Assembly: GCA_963805625.1 (NCBI GenBank)
Contig: CAWDVE010000010.1
Location: forward strand, 736,001 to 800,000
Direction of reading: 5' to 3'
DNA from: an uncultured Candidatus Rokubacteria bacterium
GTDB taxonomy: Bacteria; Methylomirabilota; Methylomirabilia; Rokubacteriales; DASRDR01
DNA: 64,000 nt
The notes beneath the pieces are model-generated. The model had not been told where the DNA came from, made no database searches, and saw only the letters and a list, made by a program, of their open reading frames with translations. This document shows, one piece after another, positions 9,879 through 18,435 of this stretch. Position numbers and translations under genes: made by a program. The number at the start of each line of letters is the position of its first letter. Position 1 is the stretch's first letter.

Positions 9879-10288
9879 GGAGGGGCGGGCGCCTCCTGAT
9901 CGGCCTCCTGGCAGGGCTCGCTGCCCTCGCCGGCCCCGGCGCGAGGGCGCAGGCCCCTCAGGCCCCGCGCCCACAGTATCTCCCGTTCGCGGAGTTCGCG
10001 GCCGAGGACTCCGCCCCACAAGTCTCCGCCAAGCAGGCGTACAACGACATCATCGGCCGTTACAACAAGGCGCTGTACGACTATCACGTGACGCTCAGCC
10101 AGCACGACCAACTGGTCGACGCCGGCAATCGCGCCGGAACGCCCGCGGAGCAGGAGAAGGCGCGCGCCGAGGCCGCCCCCCTCCGGGCAAAGCTCCAAAC
10201 CCTCCGCCGCGACGTCATGGCGCTGGCTGCGTCCGTCGACCAGGCGCGTCGGGCGGCCAGTCAGGCAGGGGTCACCCTCACCCGCTGA
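9875..10288 (+). CDS. Exported helical hypothetical protein
   Basis: ATGA overlap with the upstream stop; signal peptide ending ARA-Q; coiled-coil-like body. Confidence 0.7.
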   Translation: MRRGGRLLIGLLAGLAALAGPGARAQAPQAPRPQYLPFAEFAAEDSAPQVSAKQAYNDIIGRYNKALYDYHVTLSQHDQLVDAGNRAGTPAEQEKARAEAAPLRAKLQTLRRDVMALAASVDQARRAASQAGVTLTR

Positions 10289-10415
10289 TACGGCGCCGTC
10301 CGGAGTGCTCTGGCTCCGCCGCGACCCCGCCGAATCCGGCCGGAAACGGGCGGTTGGCCGTTTCGTGACACTTTCTGCGTGGTTAGCCACGTCCCCCGTG
10401 CTATCATTCGTTTCA

Positions 10416-11366
10416 ATGCCTCCGAAGGGTCCGGTCTCTGTCCTGGTCTACCACCCGGACGAGGCCCAAGCCTATGCGCGGCTGGTCCGGGCCCCGCGCG
10501 GGCAGGTTCGACTGAGAGTCGCTGCGACCCCGGAGACGGCGCTGCCCTTCGTGGAGGAGATGGACGTCCTCTACACGTGGGGCTTTCCGGCCGAGCTCCT
10601 CCCCATGGCCCGGCGTCTCCGGTGGGTCCAGGTCATGGGAGCAGGGGTCAACGCCTTCCTTGACGTTCCCTTCCCTCCCAAGGTGGTCCTCACCCGCGTC
10701 GAGGGGGTCTTTGGGCCCTGGATGGCGGAGTACGTCTTCGGCTGGCTCCTCTGGGCCTCCCAGCGAACCGAGGTCCTGCGGGCAGGTCAGCGCTTGCGCC
10801 GGTGGGAGCCGATCAACCCCGTCCTGCTGCGTGGCAAGACTCTGGGCATCGTGGGGGTGGGATCCATCGGGCGGGTGATCGCGTCCATCGGGCACGCGTT
10901 CCAGATGCGTGTCCTCGGCCTATCCCGCACCGGCCGCCGGGTCCCGGAGTGCGACCGCGTTTACCGTCGCCCGGCTTTCCACGAGTTCCTGGCGGCGAGC
11001 GACTACGTGGTCCTGGTTGCGCCGCTCACTCCCGAGACCCGGGGAATGCTGGGCGAGCCCGAGCTCCACGCGATGCGGCCGGAGTCCTGGCTCGTGAACC
11101 TCGGCCGCGGCTCGCTCATCCAGGAGCCGGCCCTCGTCCGGGCCCTCCAGGAGCGCTGGATCGCCGGCGCCGTCCTGGACGTCTTCTCGGAGGAGCCGCT
11201 GCCGACGGAGCACCCATTCTGGGGGATGCCCAATGTGGTGGTGACGCCGCACATCTCGGGTCCGAGCCTCCCCGAGGAGATCGCCCCGATCTTCAACGAG
11301 AACCTGCGGCGCTTCCTCAGCGGCCGGCCGCTGCGGGCCCGCGTGGACATCCGCAGAGGGTACTGA
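10416..11366 (+). CDS. D-2-hydroxyacid dehydrogenase (GhrA-like)
   Basis: GIVGVGSIG Rossmann motif, NLGRG, LDVF-x-EEPL, TPHISG. Confidence 0.93.
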   Translation: MPPKGPVSVLVYHPDEAQAYARLVRAPRGQVRLRVAATPETALPFVEEMDVLYTWGFPAELLPMARRLRWVQVMGAGVNAFLDVPFPPKVVLTRVEGVFGPWMAEYVFGWLLWASQRTEVLRAGQRLRRWEPINPVLLRGKTLGIVGVGSIGRVIASIGHAFQMRVLGLSRTGRRVPECDRVYRRPAFHEFLAASDYVVLVAPLTPETRGMLGEPELHAMRPESWLVNLGRGSLIQEPALVRALQERWIAGAVLDVFSEEPLPTEHPFWGMPNVVVTPHISGPSLPEEIAPIFNENLRRFLSGRPLRARVDIRRGY

Positions 11367-11394
11367 CCGCGGGGGCCCCGAGGGGCCCCCGCGG
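11367..11394. terminator. GC-rich hairpin between convergent genes
   Basis: Perfect inverted repeat CCGCGGGGGCCCC-GA-GGGGCCCCCGCGG; no U-tract. Confidence 0.55.
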
Positions 11395-11399
11395 CCGCA

Positions 11400-11924
11400 T
11401 CACCGCTTCGCGAGCGCCTTCACGATCTCCCGGCAGAACGCCGGCAGGTCGTCGGGCTTCCGCGACGTGATCAGGTTTCCGTCCACGACGACCTCCTGGT
11501 CGACCCAGGTGGCCCCGGCGTTCACCAGATCGTCCCTGATCGAGAAGAAGCTCGTCGCGCGCTTCCCCTTGAGGATGCCCGCCGACACCGGCACCCAGCC
11601 TGCGTGGCAGATCGCCGCCACGACCTTGCCCTCGCCGAAGGCGTCCCGCACCAGCTTCACCATGGCGGGCGACCGTCGCATGAGGTCCGGCGCGAAGCCG
11701 CCCGGAATCACCACCGCGTCGTACTCGACGGCGTTCGCCTGCTCGGCCTGAACGTCCACGCTGACGGGGTAGCCGTGCTTCGAGGCGTAGCCCTTGGCAC
11801 CGCCGCTCCCCACGATGTGGACGTCGGCTCCCTCTTCCTTCAACCGGTAGTAGGGAACCCAGAGCTCCATCTCCTGGTAGAGGTTCTCGGCCAGGATCGC
11901 CACCCGCTTACCCGTGAGCTGCAT
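11400..11924 (-). CDS. pfpI: PfpI/DJ-1 family protease/deglycase
   Basis: QEMEL, IPGGFAPD, AAICHAG nucleophile elbow, DGNLITSRKPDDL. Confidence 0.93.
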   Translation of the reverse strand: MQLTGKRVAILAENLYQEMELWVPYYRLKEEGADVHIVGSGGAKGYASKHGYPVSVDVQAEQANAVEYDAVVIPGGFAPDLMRRSPAMVKLVRDAFGEGKVVAAICHAGWVPVSAGILKGKRATSFFSIRDDLVNAGATWVDQEVVVDGNLITSRKPDDLPAFCREIVKALAKR

Positions 11925-12044
11925 CGCTTCCCCCTCGTCGGGCGGGCCGAAGCCCGCGCATTTGCCTTCGTCCGGAAGGATACACGCAAGTCGGATTCAA
12001 CGCCCACGGGGACGACGAAGGGGCCGAACCGACGCGGACGGAGG

Positions 12045-12446
12045 TCAGCGGGACTGGACTACGCCCAGGGCCTTGGCCACGACCGCCTCGAGGCGCTCAG
12101 GGTCCGCCGGCTTCTGCGCGTAGTGAAGGATGCCGATCTGGCGGGCACGAACCTCGAACTCCGGCCGGTAGTCACCGGAGGTCATAAGGACGTGCACCCG
12201 GGGATCGATATCTTTGAGCCGGGACACGAGGGCGTGCCCCGACATGTCCCGCAGGATCACGTCGACGATCGCAGCGCGGAGGCGGCCCGCGTGAGCCAGA
12301 TCGAGCGCATCCTGCCCCAGCGCGGTGTGCGTGGAGCGGAACCCTCGCTGGGTGAAGTGGTCGGCTAGCGCCCGCCCTGCCTCATCGTCCGTGTCGACCA
12401 CGAGGAGAAGCGCATCATCCCGCCCTGCCCTTAGCGCGTAGGCCAT
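12045..12446 (-). CDS. Single-domain response regulator (REC)
   Basis: LLVVDTDD, AIVDV (phospho-Asp), MTSG, QKP. Confidence 0.88.
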   Translation of the reverse strand: MAYALRAGRDDALLLVVDTDDEAGRALADHFTQRGFRSTHTALGQDALDLAHAGRLRAAIVDVILRDMSGHALVSRLKDIDPRVHVLMTSGDYRPEFEVRARQIGILHYAQKPADPERLEAVVAKALGVVQSR

Positions 12447-12459
12447 GCGGGATGGTCGA

Positions 12460-12475
12460 TGCAAGGGCGGTGCCA
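12460..12475 (-). promoter_or_regulatory. Sigma54 -24/-12 promoter of the REC gene
   Basis: Minus strand TGGCACCGCCCTTGCA, a near-perfect consensus. Confidence 0.85.
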
Positions 12476-12607
12476 CGGGGACTGACGGCCGCCGGCCTGG
12501 CGAAACACCGATTCAATAGGGCACTCCCGGACATACGAGACACGGCTGCCAATAGATTCCGGCGCGGAGTCAATCCGGCGCTCCCTCGACTGCCCCCTCG
12601 GCACGCT

Positions 12608-12630
12608 TGTCCTGTCACTTTGGCAGGACA
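12608..12630. promoter_or_regulatory. Dyad TGTCCTGTCA-CTT-TGGCAGGACA, candidate bEBP enhancer site (or hairpin after the RR gene)
   Basis: Inverted repeat with one mismatch, about 135-155 bp upstream of the sigma54 promoter. Confidence 0.5.
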
Positions 12631-12635
12631 TGGCG

Positions 12636-14024
12636 TCAGTTGATCCCGTACTCCTTCAGACGTCGATAGAGCGTGCGACTCGAGAGCCCGAGAGCGCGCG
12701 CCGCTTTGGCACGGTCGTTACCGTGAATGTCGAGCGCCCGCAGGATGAGATCGCGCTCGGCCTGAGCGAGCGTCGGCACCACGCCGCCGGATGTAACCAG
12801 CGTCGGCGGTACCGCAGCCGCCACCGCCGCCGCCGGCTCGGCCGGACGTGCCCCGCCTAGCGCAGGCAGGTCCACGAGCCGGATCTGATCGCGGGCGCCG
12901 AGAGCGTACGCGCGCTCGATCAGGTTCTCCAGCTCCCGCACGTTGCCGGGGAACTCGTACGCGAGCAGTGCCGCCATGGCGTCCGGGGCGATGCCCTTGA
13001 TCTCGCGGCCGAAGCGCTGGTTGAACTGGCGGACGAACGCGGTGACGAGCGCCGGAACGTCCGGCTTCCGGTCACGCAGGGCGGGAACGTGCATCCGGAC
13101 GACGTTCAGACGGTAGAACAGGTCCTGCCGGAGACTCCCGTCCTTGATCGCGCTCTCGAGGTTCTTGTTCGTCGCGGCGATGACCCGAGTGTCCACGGAG
13201 TAGCTTCGCGCCGACCCCACCGGGCGCACGTCCTTCTCCTGAAGGACGCGCAGCAGCTTGACCTGGAGCGTGGGCGGAAGCTCCGCCACCTCGTCGAGGA
13301 AGATCGTCCCGCCATGGGCGGAGCGGAACAGGCCGAGCGTGTCGGCCACCGCTCCCGAGAACGCCCCGCGCATGTGGCCGAAGAACTCGGACTCCAGGAG
13401 CTCGGACGGCACCGCCCCACAGTTCACTGTGATGAAGGGCCCGCTGGCTCGCGCGGAAAGCCGGTGAATCGCCGCCGCCACCAGCTCCTTCCCGGTACCG
13501 CTCTCGCCCTCGATCAGCACCGGCGAGTCCGCCGGCGCCACGCGGACGATCATCCCCTTCAGCGCTTCCATCGCTGGCGAGACGCTGACCAGCTCGCTCA
13601 TGCGGAGCTGCTCGCCCAGACGGCTCCGTAGCGCGTTGACCTCCTGGCGAAGCAGGCGCCGCTCCAGGATGTGGTCCAGGAGGTGGCGGAGCTCCTCGAG
13701 GACCAGGGGCTTCGTGAGGTAGTCGTACGCGCCCAACTTCAGCGTCTCCACCGCAGTCGCCACGGTGGGATCGCCCGTCATCATGAGCACCTCGATCGAC
13801 GGATCGTGCCGCTTGAGGTGCCGGAGGAGCTCCACGCCATCCATCTCCGGCAAGTGGATGTCCACGATAGCGACCTCGAAGAGCTGGGTCTCGAGCAGCT
13901 CGACGGCCCGGGCGCCGGACGGCACGATCACGGCCTGGTAGCCCCACCCGCGAAGCACCTCAGCGAGGAGTTCGCGAAGTGTGTCGTCGTCCTCCACCAC
14001 CAGGATGTGGAGACGCTTTATCAC
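12636..14024 (-). CDS. Sigma54-dependent response regulator (AtoC/ZraR-like)
   Basis: [30 protein letters not shown]. Confidence 0.95.
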   Translation of the reverse strand: MIKRLHILVVEDDDTLRELLAEVLRGWGYQAVIVPSGARAVELLETQLFEVAIVDIHLPEMDGVELLRHLKRHDPSIEVLMMTGDPTVATAVETLKLGAYDYLTKPLVLEELRHLLDHILERRLLRQEVNALRSRLGEQLRMSELVSVSPAMEALKGMIVRVAPADSPVLIEGESGTGKELVAAAIHRLSARASGPFITVNCGAVPSELLESEFFGHMRGAFSGAVADTLGLFRSAHGGTIFLDEVAELPPTLQVKLLRVLQEKDVRPVGSARSYSVDTRVIAATNKNLESAIKDGSLRQDLFYRLNVVRMHVPALRDRKPDVPALVTAFVRQFNQRFGREIKGIAPDAMAALLAYEFPGNVRELENLIERAYALGARDQIRLVDLPALGGARPAEPAAAVAAAVPPTLVTSGGVVPTLAQAERDLILRALDIHGNDRAKAARALGLSSRTLYRRLKEYGIN

Positions 14025-14782
14025 CGGCTCACCGGCTGCGCAGGCGGCAGGGTGAGAACGAGGGACGCGCCCTCGCGCTCGACGCGGAGCCTGACCGTGT
14101 CGCGAAGGTAGAGATCTTGAACCCGCGCGCGAAACTCCTCGACCGTCTGGACCGCGGCGTCGTTGACGGTCAGGATCCGGTCACCCGCGCGAAGTCCTCC
14201 CTGCGCGGCCGAGCTCCGCTCGGCGACGCCCGCCACCACGGGAACTCGAGCCTCCGGGACACCTGCGGTCCGCTCCTCCGTCGCGTCCCGGACGTAGAAC
14301 CCGAACTCGAACGCGACCCGATCGGCAACGACCTCCGCGGGCATGCGTCCAACCCGAACCCGGACTTCCTGGCGGTCCCGCTCGCGGAGCACGATGAGGC
14401 CGAGCTCGCGGCCCGCCGGCGTGGCGCCAACCAGACGCTGGAGGGCTCGCGTCTCCACGATGGGCCGCCCGTCGATGGCAACGACCAGGTCGCCCTCGCG
14501 CAGGCCCGAGGATGCCGCCGGAGTCTCCTTCATGACCTGGGCGATCAGCACGCCGTAGCCCTCGCGAACCCCGACCTTCTTCGCGATCTCCTCCATCTCC
14601 TGCTCGGTGAGGTCCCGGATTCGAACGCCGAGCCACCCCCACTGCTCTCCCGCAGCCACGCCGCTCGAGAGAAACGTGAGCGCGAGCACCGAGACCACCG
14701 CGATCCGGCTCGCTGCCTGCCAGCGCCCACGGCCGGCGCATCCCGGCTCAGGCGTCATCGGACTCCTCCTCTTCCTCCTCAC
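14021..14782 (-). CDS. Exported tandem-PDZ domain protein (no protease domain)
   Basis: Signal/TM segment, [32 protein letters not shown]; start uncertain. Confidence 0.85.
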   Translation of the reverse strand: MRRKRRSPMTPEPGCAGRGRWQAASRIAVVSVLALTFLSSGVAAGEQWGWLGVRIRDLTEQEMEEIAKKVGVREGYGVLIAQVMKETPAASSGLREGDLVVAIDGRPIVETRALQRLVGATPAGRELGLIVLRERDRQEVRVRVGRMPAEVVADRVAFEFGFYVRDATEERTAGVPEARVPVVAGVAERSSAAQGGLRAGDRILTVNDAAVQTVEEFRARVQDLYLRDTVRLRVEREGASLVLTLPPAQPVSR

Positions 14783-15419
14783 CTTCCCGGCCGGCCACCA
14801 TGGTCAGGAGCTCTCCGAGCGCACCCGCCGCGAGATCCAGGCGCTCGCTCACGTCGACCGCCTCGAGCAGTCGCTGCCGGACCTCCGCGTCCGGCACCAC
14901 CGCCGAGACGATGCGATCGATCGCGGCGCCGGGGGACGCCCCCGCAACCGTGAGGCGACCCACGACGTCGGGATGAGACTGACCGAGAGCCATCAGGAGC
15001 CGCGCATGGGCCGTCCGGAGCTCTTGCAGGCGTCCCGCGAAGGTACGGTCGTTCGGGCTCGGCCCGCGATTCTCGATCCGCTCCGCTCGGGCCACGCGGT
15101 AGAGACGCCCGTCCAGCGGCTCCTCCTCCAGGATCCGGACCCGCGCGCGACCGTCGAGCAGGATGTTGTAGCGCCCGTCGGCCAACATCTCGGCCTGGAT
15201 GATCTCCCCCGCCCCGGCGACGCCGTGCACCGGCGGACAACCCTGGTAGTCCTTCTCCCACCCGGCACGCAGCATGACCACGCCCAGCCATCGATCCCCC
15301 GCCAGGCAATCCGCCACCATCTGGCGGTAGCGGGGCTCGAACACGTGGAGCGGGAGGACGGTCTCCGGGAAGAACACGACCTCGGGCAACGGGAAGATGG
15401 GGATGCGGAGCTCGTGCAC
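14748..15419 (-). CDS. LON peptidase substrate-binding domain protein
   Basis: IPIFPLPEVVFFPETVLPLHVFEPRYRQMV. Confidence 0.93.
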   Translation of the reverse strand: MHELRIPIFPLPEVVFFPETVLPLHVFEPRYRQMVADCLAGDRWLGVVMLRAGWEKDYQGCPPVHGVAGAGEIIQAEMLADGRYNILLDGRARVRILEEEPLDGRLYRVARAERIENRGPSPNDRTFAGRLQELRTAHARLLMALGQSHPDVVGRLTVAGASPGAAIDRIVSAVVPDAEVRQRLLEAVDVSERLDLAAGALGELLTMVAGREGEEEEEESDDA

Positions 15420-15483
15420 CGATCACCGGCCTACGTCGGACGGGCCCGGCTCGGAAGATTCCTCCGCTCCGCGGGTCCCTGCA

Positions 15484-16614
15484 TCAGCTGATGAGCGGCA
15501 GCCTCGGCGCCGCGGCCTCGGTAAGGCGGCTCCGGACACCTGCCGCCACCCGCCGGAAGGCGTCCGCCTGGGGGGATGATGGGCGCGCGACGACGATCGG
15601 TTCGCCCGTGTCACCGCCGATGCGTGTCTCGGGGTCGATCGGGATGGAGCCCAGGACCGGCACGTCGAACTCCCGCGCGAGCTTCTCTCCGCCGCCCTCA
15701 CCGAAGATCGCCGTGGCGTGACCGCAGTGGGGGCACGCGAACCCCGCCATGTTCTCGACGATGCCGAGGATGGGCACGTTCATCTTCCGGAACATCTGTA
15801 GGCCCTTCCGGACGTCCAGCAGCGACACTTCCTGGGGTGTCGTGACCATGATCGCGCCCGACAGGGGAAGCGTCTGGGAGAGCGAGAGCTGAGCGTCACC
15901 GGTCCCGGGTGGCATGTCGAAGACCAGGTAGTCGAGCGGACCCCACTCGACGTCCTTCAGGAACTGCTGGACCGCCGAGTGAATCATCGGCCCCCGCCAG
16001 ATCACGGGGTCCCCCTCCTTCACGAAGAATCCGATCGACATGACCTTCACGCCGTAGGCCTGGACGGGCACGATGCGGTTCGCCACCATCGCCGGGCGCC
16101 CGCGAGCCCCGATCATCAGCGGGACGTTGGGGCCGTAGACGTCCACGTCCACGATGCCGACCTCCGCGCCTTCACCACGGAGTGCCAGCGCCAGGTTGAC
16201 GGCCACGGTGGACTTGCCGACACCACCCTTGCCGGAGGACACGGCGATGGTGTGCTTGACCTCGGGGATCAGCTCCTCCGCCGTGGGCGCCGCCGGGCGC
16301 GCGGGGCCGTGACCGTGCCCCGCCCCGTGGCCCCCGGGGGCGCGCGAGGCGATGCCCGCCTTGACCTCGGACACGCCGGGAAGCGCCTGCACAGCCTTGC
16401 GAGCCCGGCTGTGGATCTCGGCGCGGGCGAGCGGCGGCTGCTCGCCGGTGAACTGGAGCGTGAAGGAGACCTGACCGGCCTCGACCGTCAGCCCGTCGAC
16501 GAGCCCGAGGGTCACGATGTCCTTGCCGACGTTCGGATCGAGCACGCCGCGGAGCACCGCCAGCACGGCATCCTTCGTGAGCCCGGTCGCCTTGCCCCCG
16601 CCGAAAAGACCCAT
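15484..16614 (-). CDS. apbC: Mrp/NBP35 (ApbC) Fe-S carrier ATPase
   Basis: SGKGGVGKST, WRGPM, DMPPGTGD, ENMAGFACPHC. Confidence 0.95.
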   Translation of the reverse strand: MGLFGGGKATGLTKDAVLAVLRGVLDPNVGKDIVTLGLVDGLTVEAGQVSFTLQFTGEQPPLARAEIHSRARKAVQALPGVSEVKAGIASRAPGGHGAGHGHGPARPAAPTAEELIPEVKHTIAVSSGKGGVGKSTVAVNLALALRGEGAEVGIVDVDVYGPNVPLMIGARGRPAMVANRIVPVQAYGVKVMSIGFFVKEGDPVIWRGPMIHSAVQQFLKDVEWGPLDYLVFDMPPGTGDAQLSLSQTLPLSGAIMVTTPQEVSLLDVRKGLQMFRKMNVPILGIVENMAGFACPHCGHATAIFGEGGGEKLAREFDVPVLGSIPIDPETRIGGDTGEPIVVARPSSPQADAFRRVAAGVRSRLTEAAAPRLPLIS

Positions 16615-16701
16615 CGCGCCTCACTATACGGAAGGGGTCAGAGGGGGTCAAGCAACGCAGCCCCGGACGGCGGGCTCATCGCTCGATTGTCTTGGCCAGA
16701 A

Positions 16702-17454
16702 TCACTGGAAGTCGAGGTCGCGCAAGTGGTCGGGATCGAGCGCCTCCAGGGCCGCAAGCTCAGCCGCTGTCGGCGGCGCGAGGAGCTCGATCTCCCCGAG
16801 CGCCTCGACCGCGAAGCCCGTTTGGCGCGTCACCTCCTCCAGCGTGGCGTCCGGCTGGAGCGCTTCGAGCCGCAACCCCGCCGGCGTCGCGCGGAACACG
16901 GCGAGCGGCGTCACCACGCGGTCGAGATTCCCGGTCGCGGTAACGAAGTCGACCGAGGACACGAGCGAGGCAAGGTCGTGCCGCGTCCGGAAGACGATCA
17001 CACGCCGGACGACCTGGAACAGCACAGCCGCGCCCCCACCCCCGGGCAGGCGGACCCGAGGCCGGGTGAAGTCCCCGATGACGGTGGAGTTGACGCGGCC
17101 CCGGCCGTCGACCTGTACGCAGCCGAGCAGCATCACGTCAATCCGGCCGCGCAGCGCCAGCTGGTAGACGTCGACGTTCGAGAGCACGACGGGCGATCCG
17201 GTCAGCCAGCCGGGACCCGATGATGAGCGCGGGAGCGTGTCCGGAGCACCGTCCAGACCGCCCCCGATCGAGATGTGGCGAAGCCGCGGGGCGTGGAGTC
17301 GCCGGGCAAGGGCCAGCGCGAGCGACGGCAGGACAGAGTTCACACCGTGGCACGCCACCTCGCCGTCACGGACCAGACGGGCGAGGGTGACGGCCATCAT
17401 CTCGGGAACGCCCACCACCCCGGCGGCCCGCCCCTCGGACTTCCCCACGATCAT
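16702..17454 (-). CDS. CoA-transferase family I-like beta subunit (GctB/CatJ-like)
   Basis: LARLVRDGE, QVDGRGRVNSTVIG, RLPGGGGA, VVTPLAVF, EEVTRQTGF. Confidence 0.88.
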   Translation of the reverse strand: MIVGKSEGRAAGVVGVPEMMAVTLARLVRDGEVACHGVNSVLPSLALALARRLHAPRLRHISIGGGLDGAPDTLPRSSSGPGWLTGSPVVLSNVDVYQLALRGRIDVMLLGCVQVDGRGRVNSTVIGDFTRPRVRLPGGGGAAVLFQVVRRVIVFRTRHDLASLVSSVDFVTATGNLDRVVTPLAVFRATPAGLRLEALQPDATLEEVTRQTGFAVEALGEIELLAPPTAAELAALEALDPDHLRDLDFQ

Positions 17455-17497
17455 GGGCGCGCCCTGGGGTTGCTCGGACGGCCCTGGGTCGGTGGGC

Positions 17498-18301
17498 TCA
17501 AGGGGTCGACTCGAGGTACGCGCGGAGCCCTTCGAGTGTTCGTGCAGCCTCGAGGTACCGGCGCACGCTCGCCTCGTCGATGTCGTAATACCCCGGGCAA
17601 CCGCCCGGCCGGGCGCCTCCGGGCAGCTCGACCACGGACGCAACGGACAGCTCGGAAATTCGCGTCAGCTCGGGGATCCGGGCCAGCTCCTCCGGCGGAA
17701 CGATGCGCTCCGCCGTGAGGATCACCTCATCCGCCGCCTGGGCCATCAACACGTCGTAGCCGGGCGACCCGACGATACGGGCGTTCCCGGCGGCATCCGC
17801 CTCCTGGACGTGGAGAATGGCCCAGCGTGGCCGGAGCGCTGGCACCACGTAGATCTCGTCCCCCGTCCACGGATCCTTCACGGTCCGGAAATCCGCCGTG
17901 GCTGGCAGGTCGGTATCCCGGAAGCCGGGGACCGGCTCGAACGGCACGCCCAGGGATGCGGCCCGCAGCCCCGCCATCACGCCCACTCAGGAGAACTCGC
18001 GCACCCGGATGAGCCCGGCCTCGACAGCCCGGCGGTAGTTCGGGAGGGCACCGCCAAAGGCTGACTCGAGGGACGCGACACCGGCGTCCACCTCCGCAAG
18101 GCACCCGGAGGCGCAGAGAAGGTCGAGGTCGTAGGAGGGTGAGGGCTTGGACAGGCGGAGATTCCGCCGCCCCTGGCGAGCGAGTTCCCGGACGAACGCC
18201 GCCGGGATGCGGTGCAGCATCACGCCGCCGATAGTGATGTGGTCCCCGTCCGCGACGAGCGACGCCGCCCGTGCCAGCGAGACGAGCTTCCCTTCACTCA
18301 T
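17498..18301 (-). CDS. CoA-transferase family I-like alpha subunit with in-frame TGA at 17987-17989 (putative selenocysteine)
   Basis: ORFs 17987..18301 and 17498..17986 are contiguous and in frame: ...IRVREFS-[TGA]-VGVMAGLRAASLGVPF...VKDPWTG...AILHVQEAD-x-x-GNA. Together they give one ~267-aa GctA-like protein. Confidence 0.8.
17952..17984 (-). promoter_or_regulatory. Candidate bacterial SECIS hairpin
   Basis: 3' of UGA: GAUG(G)CGG-[GGCUGCGGG]-CCGCAUC; apical loop starts with G at +17. Confidence 0.45.
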
Positions 18302-18435
18302 CGCAGCGATCTGGTCTCGACAGTGTCAGCCATTCATCCAGCCGGCCTTCGGCTGGCATCACGAAGATCCGGGGCAGACCCGAGGCGACGAGGACCAGGG
18401 ACATCGCGTTCCCCAGTCCGCCGAGGGGCCAGCGG

